A stretch of 64,000 nucleotides of DNA from a virus. Within the stretch, counting starts at the first letter, position 1; each line of letters opens with the position of its first letter. The stretch is from positions 1 through 64,000 of IMG/VR virus record IMGVR_UViG_3300049489_000444. The stretch is one strand, 5' to 3'. This document shows positions 48,007 to 55,918 of the stretch, piece by piece. A program made the translations under genes and the position numbers. Below the pieces are notes generated by a model. The model was not told the origin of the DNA. It worked only from the letters and a program-made list of their open reading frames with translations, and made no database searches.

Positions 48007-49350
48007 TTATGCAGCGAACAACTTGGTGGCGAGATCGTCGTCGATCCCGTAGGTCTGTTCGATGGTCTCGACGGTGTCGCACCACGGGCTGAGGCACTCC
48101 GCATTGACCCCGATGGCCATCCCAAAGGAGTTGACGCCAAGTGCCTTGGCCTGCTCACGCAGCGCGGCCGTGCGGTTCTGGTTGGATCCACCGTCGGTGA
48201 TCATGACGATGTCGGCCTTGGCCAATTGACCGGGGTTCTGCTGGATGATCTGCAGGGCACGCTCGTACGCGACGTCGATGTCAGTCCCGCCGTGGCACTC
48301 CACGAACAGCGCGGATGCGTCCATCTTCTCGCCCTTCTTGGTGATGGCCTCGTGCATGATGCGGGTGTCGAATGAGACCACGGCGAACACGCGCCCATCA
48401 CGAACGGCCAGATCACCCAACGCCAAAGCCACCGCGGTGGCCCAATCATTCGGGTCGCCCTTCATGCTGCCTGATTTGTCCAGGCACACCACCATCGGCC
48501 CTTTGCCTTTGGTCTCGGTCCCGCGCATCTCGTACTGCAGGACCGAGCGCTCCATCATTTGCCTGTGCAGGTCCAGCCGTGAGAGCGGGTGCATCAGCTT
48601 GGCCAGTTCCGTGGGCAGGAAGCGGGAGATGTCGTCACCGACGGTGATGTCAGCGATCTCATCAGCCCCGTGACGGACCTTCTGCTTCTGCTTGGTCAGG
48701 GCCATCTTGCGGAAGCGGCCAATCAACTGCACCAGCCGCTGCATGCGGGGCTTGGTCTTCAGGGCGTTGGCGATCTGCCGAGTGCGTTCCCCGGCGGCGG
48801 CCGCGTGTTCGCCGGGCTGGTCGCCGGGCTGCCAGCCGAACGCGAATTGATCCAGGGCAGCCTCAGCCTCAATGAGGCCCTCCACGGTCTCCTGTGCACA
48901 CTGGACGGCCTTCCGGGTGAGCCGGCGCAGCCCGTCCTCGAACTTCTTGACCTCACCGGGATCCATGGACTTGGGCGGCGTCAGACCACCCTGCTGGGCG
49001 CGCTCTTCGTCCCGGAGGGCTGGACCCAGGTCGCCCATCAACTGCTCGACCGCCATACCGGCCATGGCGGCCCGTTGGTGCTCGGGGAGCGACCGGATTT
49101 GGTCCGCCATGCGTTGGAACGCCGGGAGGGCGTTGCAGGCGTCGTGGACGCCCTTGGCCCAACGGGTCAGCTTGGGGTCGGCCTTTTCGGCCGGCAGCGC
49201 CTCAACCTCGTCACCATTGGCGAGCCGATCAAAAAGCTCGTCCTCGAACTGGACCCGCTTGTGATCGAGCGAGTCGACCTGATCCAGACCGCGGGCAGCG
49301 CGGTGTTGGTAGATCGTCCAACGCGGCACATCGAGGGTGAGTCGCTTCAT
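48007..49350 (-). CDS. ViaA-like vWA domain protein
   Basis: GDDISRFLPTEL, GPMVVCLDKSGSM, GGTDI, ADIVMITDG; GGAGG RBS. Confidence 0.88.
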   Translation of the reverse strand: MKRLTLDVPRWTIYQHRAARGLDQVDSLDHKRVQFEDELFDRLANGDEVEALPAEKADPKLTRWAKGVHDACNALPAFQRMADQIRSLPEHQRAAMAGMAVEQLMGDLGPALRDEERAQQGGLTPPKSMDPGEVKKFEDGLRRLTRKAVQCAQETVEGLIEAEAALDQFAFGWQPGDQPGEHAAAAGERTRQIANALKTKPRMQRLVQLIGRFRKMALTKQKQKVRHGADEIADITVGDDISRFLPTELAKLMHPLSRLDLHRQMMERSVLQYEMRGTETKGKGPMVVCLDKSGSMKGDPNDWATAVALALGDLAVRDGRVFAVVSFDTRIMHEAITKKGEKMDASALFVECHGGTDIDVAYERALQIIQQNPGQLAKADIVMITDGGSNQNRTAALREQAKALGVNSFGMAIGVNAECLSPWCDTVETIEQTYGIDDDLATKLFAA

Positions 49351-49373
49351 GGGTGTTGCCTCCAGTGGGTCAA

Positions 49374-49402
49374 CGTATATCAGGATGATATACACATGTC
49401 AA
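49374..49402 (-). promoter_or_regulatory. Sigma70-like promoter with overlapping palindrome GTATATCA-N3-TGATATAC
   Basis: TTGACA-17 bp-TATACG; palindrome at 49375-49393. Confidence 0.7.
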
Positions 49403-49486
49403 GGGTAATCTTCTTGGCCTGCCGACCTCCTAGGACGCCTCAGGATCGACGTTCCGTGCGTGACCATGCGCACCCCGGTTTGGGTC

Positions 49487-50632
49487 TCAGCGACCCAGCG
49501 GACGAGCGCCGAGGCCCATTCCGGCAGAGACTTGGCGGTTGAACTCAGCCCGGACCTCGCTGATCTCTTTGGCGCCATCCAGGGCCACGGCCTTGGTCCG
49601 CTTGCCGGCCTTCTGGGCCAGATCTTCAATGGACACCCTCATACGGTCCAGTTCGACCATGGCGGAGGCGGCCGCAGCAACGAACGCCTTGCGGTCCCCG
49701 CCCTTCAGGGCCTCAGTCTTCCGCGTCAGTTCGCGGGCCGCGTCGACGACTTCAGACACCTGTGACGAGACAGGGTCCGCCACCTTGCCGACGACGCGCG
49801 CCACCTTGGTGCGCTCCTTGGGCTCGCGCCACAGGGCGTCCACCAGACACAGCATGTCCTCGGCGGTGACCTCGGTCTCACCGGCCAGATAGGCGCTGGC
49901 CTTGGCCAGACGCAGGCACTTCTTGACGCGGCGGTCCGAGATGATGATGCCCTCGACGGCCAGTGCCTCCCTGATCTCGATCAGGGCGTCCACGGCGGCG
50001 TCCGTGACCTTGACGGCCATGGCGGCCGCCTGAGAGGCGCGCAGGTCACCCATGGTCAGGCGGACCGTGCTGGTGGGCTCATCCGCCAGCAGCATCGTGC
50101 GGAGGTTGGACGTGCGAGACAGATAGGCCACGTCGAACCGCACCATGAAGCGGTCCCAAAGGGCTTCCAGTTCCTTGCCCTCGGGCATCTCGTTGGAGGC
50201 GCCGAAGAGGGACACCAGCGGCATCTTGGTGGGCGCCCCGTCATTGTGGAACAGGCGCTCGTTCATGGCCGTGAGCAACGAGTTGAGGATCGCGCTGTTT
50301 GACTTGAACACCTCGTCGACAAACGCGAACTCAGCCTCCGGGAGCTTGCCGGTGGTCACGCGGGCGAAGCGGTCCTGCTCCAAGGCCTTCAGGCTGACCG
50401 GCCCGAAAAGCTCCTCGGGCGTGGAGAACCGCGTCATGAGGCGCTCGAAGTACACGCCGGAGAAGGCGGCCGCAATGGCCCGCACGAGGGCCGACTTGGC
50501 CGTTCCCGGAGGCCCCAGCATCAGGACATGCTCGCCGGCCAAGATGGCCGCCAGAGCGCCCTCGATGACATCCCGGCGCTCCGGGAACTGCGCGTTCAAC
50601 TCGGTCTTGAGGGCGGCGAATGGCTGGGTCAT
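49487..50632 (-). CDS. MoxR/RavA-family AAA+ ATPase
   Basis: GEHVLMLGPPGTAKS, STPEELFGP, FVDEVFK, GASNE, ALWDRF, ISDRR. Confidence 0.93.
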   Translation of the reverse strand: MTQPFAALKTELNAQFPERRDVIEGALAAILAGEHVLMLGPPGTAKSALVRAIAAAFSGVYFERLMTRFSTPEELFGPVSLKALEQDRFARVTTGKLPEAEFAFVDEVFKSNSAILNSLLTAMNERLFHNDGAPTKMPLVSLFGASNEMPEGKELEALWDRFMVRFDVAYLSRTSNLRTMLLADEPTSTVRLTMGDLRASQAAAMAVKVTDAAVDALIEIREALAVEGIIISDRRVKKCLRLAKASAYLAGETEVTAEDMLCLVDALWREPKERTKVARVVGKVADPVSSQVSEVVDAARELTRKTEALKGGDRKAFVAAAASAMVELDRMRVSIEDLAQKAGKRTKAVALDGAKEISEVRAEFNRQVSAGMGLGARPLGR

Positions 50633-50672
50633 GTGGTGTATCTCCGGTGGACGGGATGTCCAAGTAACGTGG

Positions 50673-50701
50673 AGCATACATGGAGTGTACCGATCTGTCA
50701 A
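50673..50701 (-). promoter_or_regulatory. Sigma70-like promoter
   Basis: TTGACA-17 bp-TATGCT with TG at the extended -10 position. Confidence 0.7.
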
Positions 50702-50709
50702 GCGATATC

Positions 50710-50907
50710 TTAGTGCGCGAGATCCGGCTCATCTTTGATGGCGGTCTGGACCGCCTCCCCGCCTGATGCCTCGTTGATGGCCTCGAGGATCTCGGTATCC
50801 GAGAGCCCTTTCTCTCGCAAAAACGCCATCTTCTGCTGGAGCGTACCGGGACCGTCGGCCGTGTCTCGGAGGAACTTCACGGCTCGGGCGAGGCTAATGG
50901 TTCTCAT
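50710..50907 (-). CDS. Pex14 N-terminal-domain-like small protein
   Basis: AVKFLRD......QKMAFLREKGLSDTEILEAI matches the Pex14_N pattern AVxFL...KxxFLxxKGLxxxEIxxA; GGAG RBS. Confidence 0.65.
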   Translation of the reverse strand: MRTISLARAVKFLRDTADGPGTLQQKMAFLREKGLSDTEILEAINEASGGEAVQTAIKDEPDLAH

Positions 50908-50973
50908 TGTAGTATCTCCATTGGTCTGCATGACGGGCGCGCAACCACAGGCCGCGCCCGGACATCGCCTCCG

Positions 50974-51918
50974 TCAGGCACGCTTTTGCGCCAGCAGTGT
51001 CTCGACGGACTGCACCATCTGGTTCAGTTGGGCGTCAAGGTCTTCGACGGTGCAGCCGAGGATCGAGCGGTACAGCGTGGCGCGCCCACGCAGGTCCTCG
51101 AACGTCGCCAGACGGCGGTCCAGGGTGCTGGGGCGGACCCCGTCAGGGTCCTCGCAGAACCCCGCGATTTCGCCACGCAGGGCGGTCAGTTCGGCCTCAA
51201 TGGAGCCCGCGGCCGCCACCTGCAGGGCACGCTCGGCCTGCTCGGACCGACTCACCGGCAGGACGAAAACCTCAGACGAGCCGATTCCGGCGATTGCACC
51301 CTGCAGGGCGCGGACCTTGTCCGCGTTCGTGCGCGGCACCCAGTAGATGCCGCCGGTCTCGCGCAGCGTCACGCCGTTGGCGGCCTTCAAGCATTTGACG
51401 ATCGTCGTCATGACGTCACGACTCGGGTGGGTCGTGAGGTACCGCTGGTATTCCCTCACGATCAGCCCGGCCGTCTCGTTGACCGGGTTGTCAGTCGAGA
51501 TTACCGGGTTGGCCTTGTCGGCCTTGTCCAGCATGACCAGCGCCTTCTGCGTTGAGAAGTAGTTCCCGGACGCGTCGTGGCCCTCCTCGACGACCGCGTA
51601 GATCAGCGCGTTGGCGCTGTCGACGGTGGGGCGCACCAGAGTCCCCTGGCGGTTGGCGCCAAGGTTGGTTGATGCCGCCCGCACCGCGAGCCGCAGCGCC
51701 TTGTCGGGCGTCTGCGCCTCCGGGAGCATCTTGGGGTCCAGCCCCGCGCTGACCCAACGCTGCTCCAGCACGGAGCGCTGGACGTCGGCGTCAGCCAACG
51801 CCCAATAGACGATATCGCCAAGGTGCTCGCCATTTGAGGTGGCGAGCACGTTGCGCAGGTCCGTAACGGACCGGACCTGCGTGGAGGAGGAGATGGCGGC
51901 GGCGGCGGTGTCGGTCAT
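50974..51918 (-). CDS. Conserved MoxR/vWA-associated protein (DUF6744-like, from memory)
   Basis: GDIVYWAL...GL...LP....KALRLAV; GGIYWVP; C-terminal coiled coil; GGAG RBS. Confidence 0.55.
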   Translation of the reverse strand: MTDTAAAAISSSTQVRSVTDLRNVLATSNGEHLGDIVYWALADADVQRSVLEQRWVSAGLDPKMLPEAQTPDKALRLAVRAASTNLGANRQGTLVRPTVDSANALIYAVVEEGHDASGNYFSTQKALVMLDKADKANPVISTDNPVNETAGLIVREYQRYLTTHPSRDVMTTIVKCLKAANGVTLRETGGIYWVPRTNADKVRALQGAIAGIGSSEVFVLPVSRSEQAERALQVAAAGSIEAELTALRGEIAGFCEDPDGVRPSTLDRRLATFEDLRGRATLYRSILGCTVEDLDAQLNQMVQSVETLLAQKRA

Positions 51919-51962
51919 TGGGTTTTCTCCGTGGGCTCAGTGGCCCGGTCCTTCGTTGTGGT

Positions 51963-51994
51963 AGGCATATATCATCGTGATATATGCCTGTCAA
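51963..51994 (-). promoter_or_regulatory. Sigma70-like promoter inside the perfect palindrome AGGCATATATCA-N3-TGATATATGCCT
   Basis: TTGACA-17 bp-TATATG; 12-bp inverted repeat at 51963-51989. Confidence 0.75.
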
Positions 51995-52012
51995 GTGAAA
52001 TCGGCTGACAGA

Positions 52013-52510
52013 TCAGCCGACAGAGATCACGGGGATCACCGGCTCGCCCTCAGCATCCTGGGATGCCACCTCATGGGGGCGGAACGCGTCACCCAGGACA
52101 CCGCCACTGACGACGGTGACATCCCGGAGGCGGACGGCACCCTTGACCGGGGTCTTGGGGAGGGTCTTGAGTTCCGCGTTGAAGCGCGCGGTGGCCTCTT
52201 TGACCCCGTTGACTTCCATGAGGGCCTCTTCGGCCTTCTCGTCCATGGCGGCGGCGTCACGCATGGCGCCGAGCAGGATCTCAATGGCGAGATCCCGCTG
52301 AAGCCCGCTGCGCTGGATGAACAGGCCGATGGCGGCCTTGGTCAGGCCGCGCGAGGTCGGGGTCTTCTCTGTATCGACGCCGCGGCAGCACACGCCGGAC
52401 ACCCGGACCACGAAATCAAACGGGTGGTTTCCGGGGGCCACGTCGGATTCCGGCAGCTTGCTGCCGACCTTAGAGAGAACCAGCGACTCGATGGCTGAGA
52501 GGTTGATCAT
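52013..52510 (-). CDS. Hypothetical protein
   Basis: AGGAG RBS; own promoter upstream. Confidence 0.6.
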   Translation of the reverse strand: MINLSAIESLVLSKVGSKLPESDVAPGNHPFDFVVRVSGVCCRGVDTEKTPTSRGLTKAAIGLFIQRSGLQRDLAIEILLGAMRDAAAMDEKAEEALMEVNGVKEATARFNAELKTLPKTPVKGAVRLRDVTVVSGGVLGDAFRPHEVASQDAEGEPVIPVISVG

Positions 52511-52572
52511 TGGGTGCTCCTTGGCGGGGTGCGGCCCGCGTCCGTTTTTCATTGATGCAGTTCGTAAGGTGG

Positions 52573-52601
52573 ATAATACATGACCTACGCCCGGCTGTCA
52601 A
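52573..52601 (-). promoter_or_regulatory. Sigma70-like promoter
   Basis: TTGACA-17 bp-TATTAT with TG at the extended -10 position. Confidence 0.75.
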
Positions 52602-52658
52602 CTGTTTTCTGCCTAGACAGATCAACGCAGATCTATTGAGGTTTTTCGTTGAAACCGC

Positions 52659-52687
52659 TTGCGTCATGTATATCCTGATGCTATACA
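52659..52687 (+). promoter_or_regulatory. Divergent sigma70-like promoter with a degenerate copy of the palindrome
   Basis: TTGCGT-17 bp-TATACA; GTATATCC-TGA-TGCTATAC at 52668-52686. Confidence 0.6.
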
Positions 52688-52726
52688 CGGGTAAGTGGTT
52701 GTTTTTCCCGGACAACAGAGGCCAAC

Positions 52727-53872
52727 ATGTCGCGCACACATCATACTGTGGAACTGACCATCCCCTATAGGACCAAACCGGACCTGCGGACCCTACGGGG
52801 ACCGATCAACAAGGCGGTCAAATCGAGTGTAGACCGAGACCGCTGGCACTACGACGGTCGGCGCATCGAAATCTCCGACCTCGACGGAAGTCTAAAACTG
52901 CGCCTCCGTTTCGAGCCGACCGCGCGGGCATCGGTCGCCGACCGCGCCAAGCTCGCCCGGAGTGTCCGCCGGGCGGTCGCATCCATCGCCATAGACCAGC
53001 CTGGATCGACGGAACCTCAACCGACGGAACCTCAACCGACGGAACCTCAACCGACGGAACCTCAACCGACGGAATTGATGCCATCACCAGAGCCAGAGCC
53101 AGAGCCAGCGCCAGATATGTCACCGCCGCCGATAAACGTCGAGCGTGGCACCAATTTCGATCATATCTATGACCGTAGCGCTCAGGTCTCAATCCTCCTG
53201 TCGGCTATCCGTGCTGCCGTCGAGTCCGATTTCCAAGTGCGATTCCATACGATTCTATTTGGCCCGCCAGGATGCGGCAAAACGGAAATTTTGCGGTCAG
53301 CTATCGCGATGCTCGGTCCATCACACGTCCTGCTCCTAGACGGACCTAGCACCACCAAAGCAGGTGCCGAGCAACTCCTGATGGGTGTGAAACGCATTCA
53401 ACCGTTTGTCCTCATCGAGGAAATCGAGAAGATGCACCCAGCGCATATGCAATGGTTACTGGGGCTACTGGACGAGCGCGGCGAGGTTCGACGCACCAAC
53501 GCACGGGACGGACACGTGCAGCGCGACGCCAGGATGCTGTGCATCGCGACGGTGAACGACATGCTGAGGTTTCGTGCTCTGATGTTCGGAGCGCTAAGCA
53601 GTCGTTTCTCACATGAGATTTATTGTCCGCGCCCGGACACTGATGTCCTTAGCAAGATCGCACACCGCGAAGTCGCCCGTATCGGCGGCAACCCGTTTTG
53701 GGTTAACGCCGCGGTCAATTATTGCGTGCACGTCGAGGGCACGTACGACCCACGCCGCGTTGTCAGCGTCTGTCTCAGCGGTCGTGATGCGCTGCTGGAT
53801 GGGACCTACCAGAGAGCCCTCCTGCATAACCGCATGCTGCAGCAACAAGCAGCCAACAACGAGAAGAAGTGA
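52727..53872 (+). CDS. AAA+ ATPase with a Pro-rich repeat linker
   Basis: GPPGCGKT Walker A, VLIEEIEK Walker B, IATVN sensor 1, ALSSRF. Confidence 0.85.
   Translation: MSRTHHTVELTIPYRTKPDLRTLRGPINKAVKSSVDRDRWHYDGRRIEISDLDGSLKLRLRFEPTARASVADRAKLARSVRRAVASIAIDQPGSTEPQPTEPQPTEPQPTEPQPTELMPSPEPEPEPAPDMSPPPINVERGTNFDHIYDRSAQVSILLSAIRAAVESDFQVRFHTILFGPPGCGKTEILRSAIAMLGPSHVLLLDGPSTTKAGAEQLLMGVKRIQPFVLIEEIEKMHPAHMQWLLGLLDERGEVRRTNARDGHVQRDARMLCIATVNDMLRFRALMFGALSSRFSHEIYCPRPDTDVLSKIAHREVARIGGNPFWVNAAVNYCVHVEGTYDPRRVVSVCLSGRDALLDGTYQRALLHNRMLQQQAANNEKK
53007..53074 (+). repeat. 4.5 x perfect 15-bp tandem repeat (TEPQP)
   Basis: CGACGGAACCTCAAC x4 plus a partial unit; CCAGAG repeats follow. Confidence 0.95.
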
Positions 53873-53879
53873 GGATACC

Positions 53880-54173
53880 ATGGCCAAGAAACGATCCGAC
53901 GCCGCAACAAAGCATCCAGCACTTCGTCATATCGAGGACCACGGTATCACCCGCGCTGAGGCTGCTGAGATGCTGGGCATCCCAGACAAACAGGCCTACC
54001 TGAATCTTGTCCTTGATCGATGGCGTGGTACATCCAAGGTGTACGCGCGTTTGTTTCATGAGGTGTTTGGCATCCCGTATGAGGAGTTATTTGACATCCC
54101 AGTAAGGTTGGACGCCAAAACATTCAAGCGACAACAGAACAAACAGAAGCAACAGAAACGAGGTCAAAAATGA
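53880..54173 (+). CDS. XRE-like helix-turn-helix regulator
   Basis: HGITRAEAAEMLGI...YLNLV...GIPYEELF; GAGGA RBS. Confidence 0.7.
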   Translation: MAKKRSDAATKHPALRHIEDHGITRAEAAEMLGIPDKQAYLNLVLDRWRGTSKVYARLFHEVFGIPYEELFDIPVRLDAKTFKRQQNKQKQQKRGQK

Positions 54174-54877
54174 AACCGGCCGATATCCTAGATCAAGCAG
54201 CCAACGCGCTCGAGGAACAGGCCCATGTGGCAAACTTCGGCTACGTCGAGGCGTCCAGCCTATCCCGATTGCTGAACATGGTCGGAACGCCGGAGAACAA
54301 GACTGACCCGACGACCAACAAGAAGATGATCGATTTCAATGTTGGCCGGGCTTTCGCGATCCTGACGGCGTGGAAGGACGTTCTTGACGACAAGCCTCTG
54401 AGCGAGAAGCAGAACTGGGCTCGTAATCGGTTGCTCCTTAATGAGTTGAACGCCAAGAAGATGGGCGCCTACAAGCTCATCGGTTTCTTCCAGAACCCGC
54501 CAGAGGGCATGACCTACGACGAGGCGCGGGACCAAGGCAAGCTGCTGCCGGCATCCCGCGAAGAATCGTTCTTCGTGACCAAGCCGAAGGATATGGAGTT
54601 TGATGAGTTTGAAAACATCATTGGCGGTCTGGCTAACAAGTACGACCAATGGGCCTACCTGATCAGCAACGGCAAGGAGGTCTTCGAGGTCAGCAAGGCG
54701 GCCAGGAAATCGCTCGGTAACCGCTTGGTTATGCCGAAGATCCAACAGGCATACTCACGGATGCGCGGTTATGGAGACAAACCGTTCGTGTTCGCTGGTG
54801 TTGTGACACCTGACTCTATCGGGCAGATGCGGTATTTCCAGCATATCGGCCTGAATTGGATCCCGAGGATCAAATGA
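54170..54877 (+). CDS. SAM lyase (T3 gp0.3-like) candidate 1 with the N-terminal helix motif
   Basis: AILTAWK...NWARNRLLLNEL...LIGFF...REESFFV...LANKYDQWAYL pattern. Confidence 0.55.
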   Translation: MKPADILDQAANALEEQAHVANFGYVEASSLSRLLNMVGTPENKTDPTTNKKMIDFNVGRAFAILTAWKDVLDDKPLSEKQNWARNRLLLNELNAKKMGAYKLIGFFQNPPEGMTYDEARDQGKLLPASREESFFVTKPKDMEFDEFENIIGGLANKYDQWAYLISNGKEVFEVSKAARKSLGNRLVMPKIQQAYSRMRGYGDKPFVFAGVVTPDSIGQMRYFQHIGLNWIPRIK

Positions 54878-55914
54878 GCAGACTCTACAGGTCAGCCCAA
54901 GCGCTGCTGAATCTCGTCGCGGGGGCCATGAAGTTCCGCGATTTCCGCTCACACGGAGGTACATCGAAGATGTGGATCGACCCGAAGAACAGGCCGATCC
55001 CTCTTGATGGTATGCACTACGAATGGCTGCGTGAGAATGCACCGTTCGTCAGGAAAGCCTACAACCTCCCAGACATGCCGGACTGGGGTTACGACGACGA
55101 GGGTAAGGCCCGCCTGTGGGCTCTCAGCAATGGATTCACAAGAGTCAACTTCAAAAACAATTGGGTGACATTCGAGACCAACGAACGCTTCTGGACCAAG
55201 AAACGCCAGGACGTCATTTCCATGCTTGTCGCCGAGAACTCTGATGACATCGATAATATCGTCGTCAACGTCCTCAACGACTCAGGAAAGTTGATCAAGG
55301 ACGGCCGGGCCGACGTCAGCGGCCTAGATGAGGCGGTCGCCAAAGTCGAATCGATTCCGGTTATCCCCGCGAAACAAACAAGATTGATCGCCGAGGTTCT
55401 CAGGAGGGTCCGTGTTGAGGCGTCGAGCCTGACTCGCATCCTGCGCCTCATCGGTAAGCCAGACCAAGACGGTATCGAGGTCCTACGTCCGTTCGGGATT
55501 GTCACGGCGTTCCAGACAGGCGTTTCTTTGGAGGTGAACAACCAGCGCCTAAACCAGATGAGCGAGAAGCTCGGCCGGTCAGGCGTTAAGACGTATCGCC
55601 TGCAGGGCAACTGGTTAGAGCAGGGACTATCGCCCGATGAGGCCAAGAAACCAGTCAAGGTCCGAGAAGACGCGTTGTTCTGTGTAGTCCAATCAGATGA
55701 CGATATCGACTTTGAGGCGTTCTCGCAGGCCATCATCCGTCAGGCGGACCGATTCAATCAGGCGGCTGTCATCCTGAGTGATGGAGCGAACATTTGGCTG
55801 CGCTTCAAGGACGGCCATACAAAGGATTTCGGAGACACCGCGGACGTCGCTACACTCCAACAGGCCTATCAGCAGATGCGTGCCCAGCAAGAACACACGT
55901 TCACGTTCGAGTGA
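54874..55914 (+). CDS. Two-domain protein whose C-terminal domain is SAM lyase-like candidate 2
   Basis: GIVTAFQ...EVNNQRLNQMSEKL...LQGNWLE...REDALFCV...ADRFNQAAVIL; paralogous to the preceding gene (EASSLxR start). Confidence 0.55.
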   Translation: MSRLYRSAQALLNLVAGAMKFRDFRSHGGTSKMWIDPKNRPIPLDGMHYEWLRENAPFVRKAYNLPDMPDWGYDDEGKARLWALSNGFTRVNFKNNWVTFETNERFWTKKRQDVISMLVAENSDDIDNIVVNVLNDSGKLIKDGRADVSGLDEAVAKVESIPVIPAKQTRLIAEVLRRVRVEASSLTRILRLIGKPDQDGIEVLRPFGIVTAFQTGVSLEVNNQRLNQMSEKLGRSGVKTYRLQGNWLEQGLSPDEAKKPVKVREDALFCVVQSDDDIDFEAFSQAIIRQADRFNQAAVILSDGANIWLRFKDGHTKDFGDTADVATLQQAYQQMRAQQEHTFTFE

Positions 55915-55918
55915 CGAG

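Noticed and set aside
48245-52498. Long plus-strand ORFs (e.g. 48589-49542, 50145-50738, 50735-51346)
   Set aside because: Antisense shadows caused by high GC3 in the vWA/MoxR genes; no recognisable motifs.
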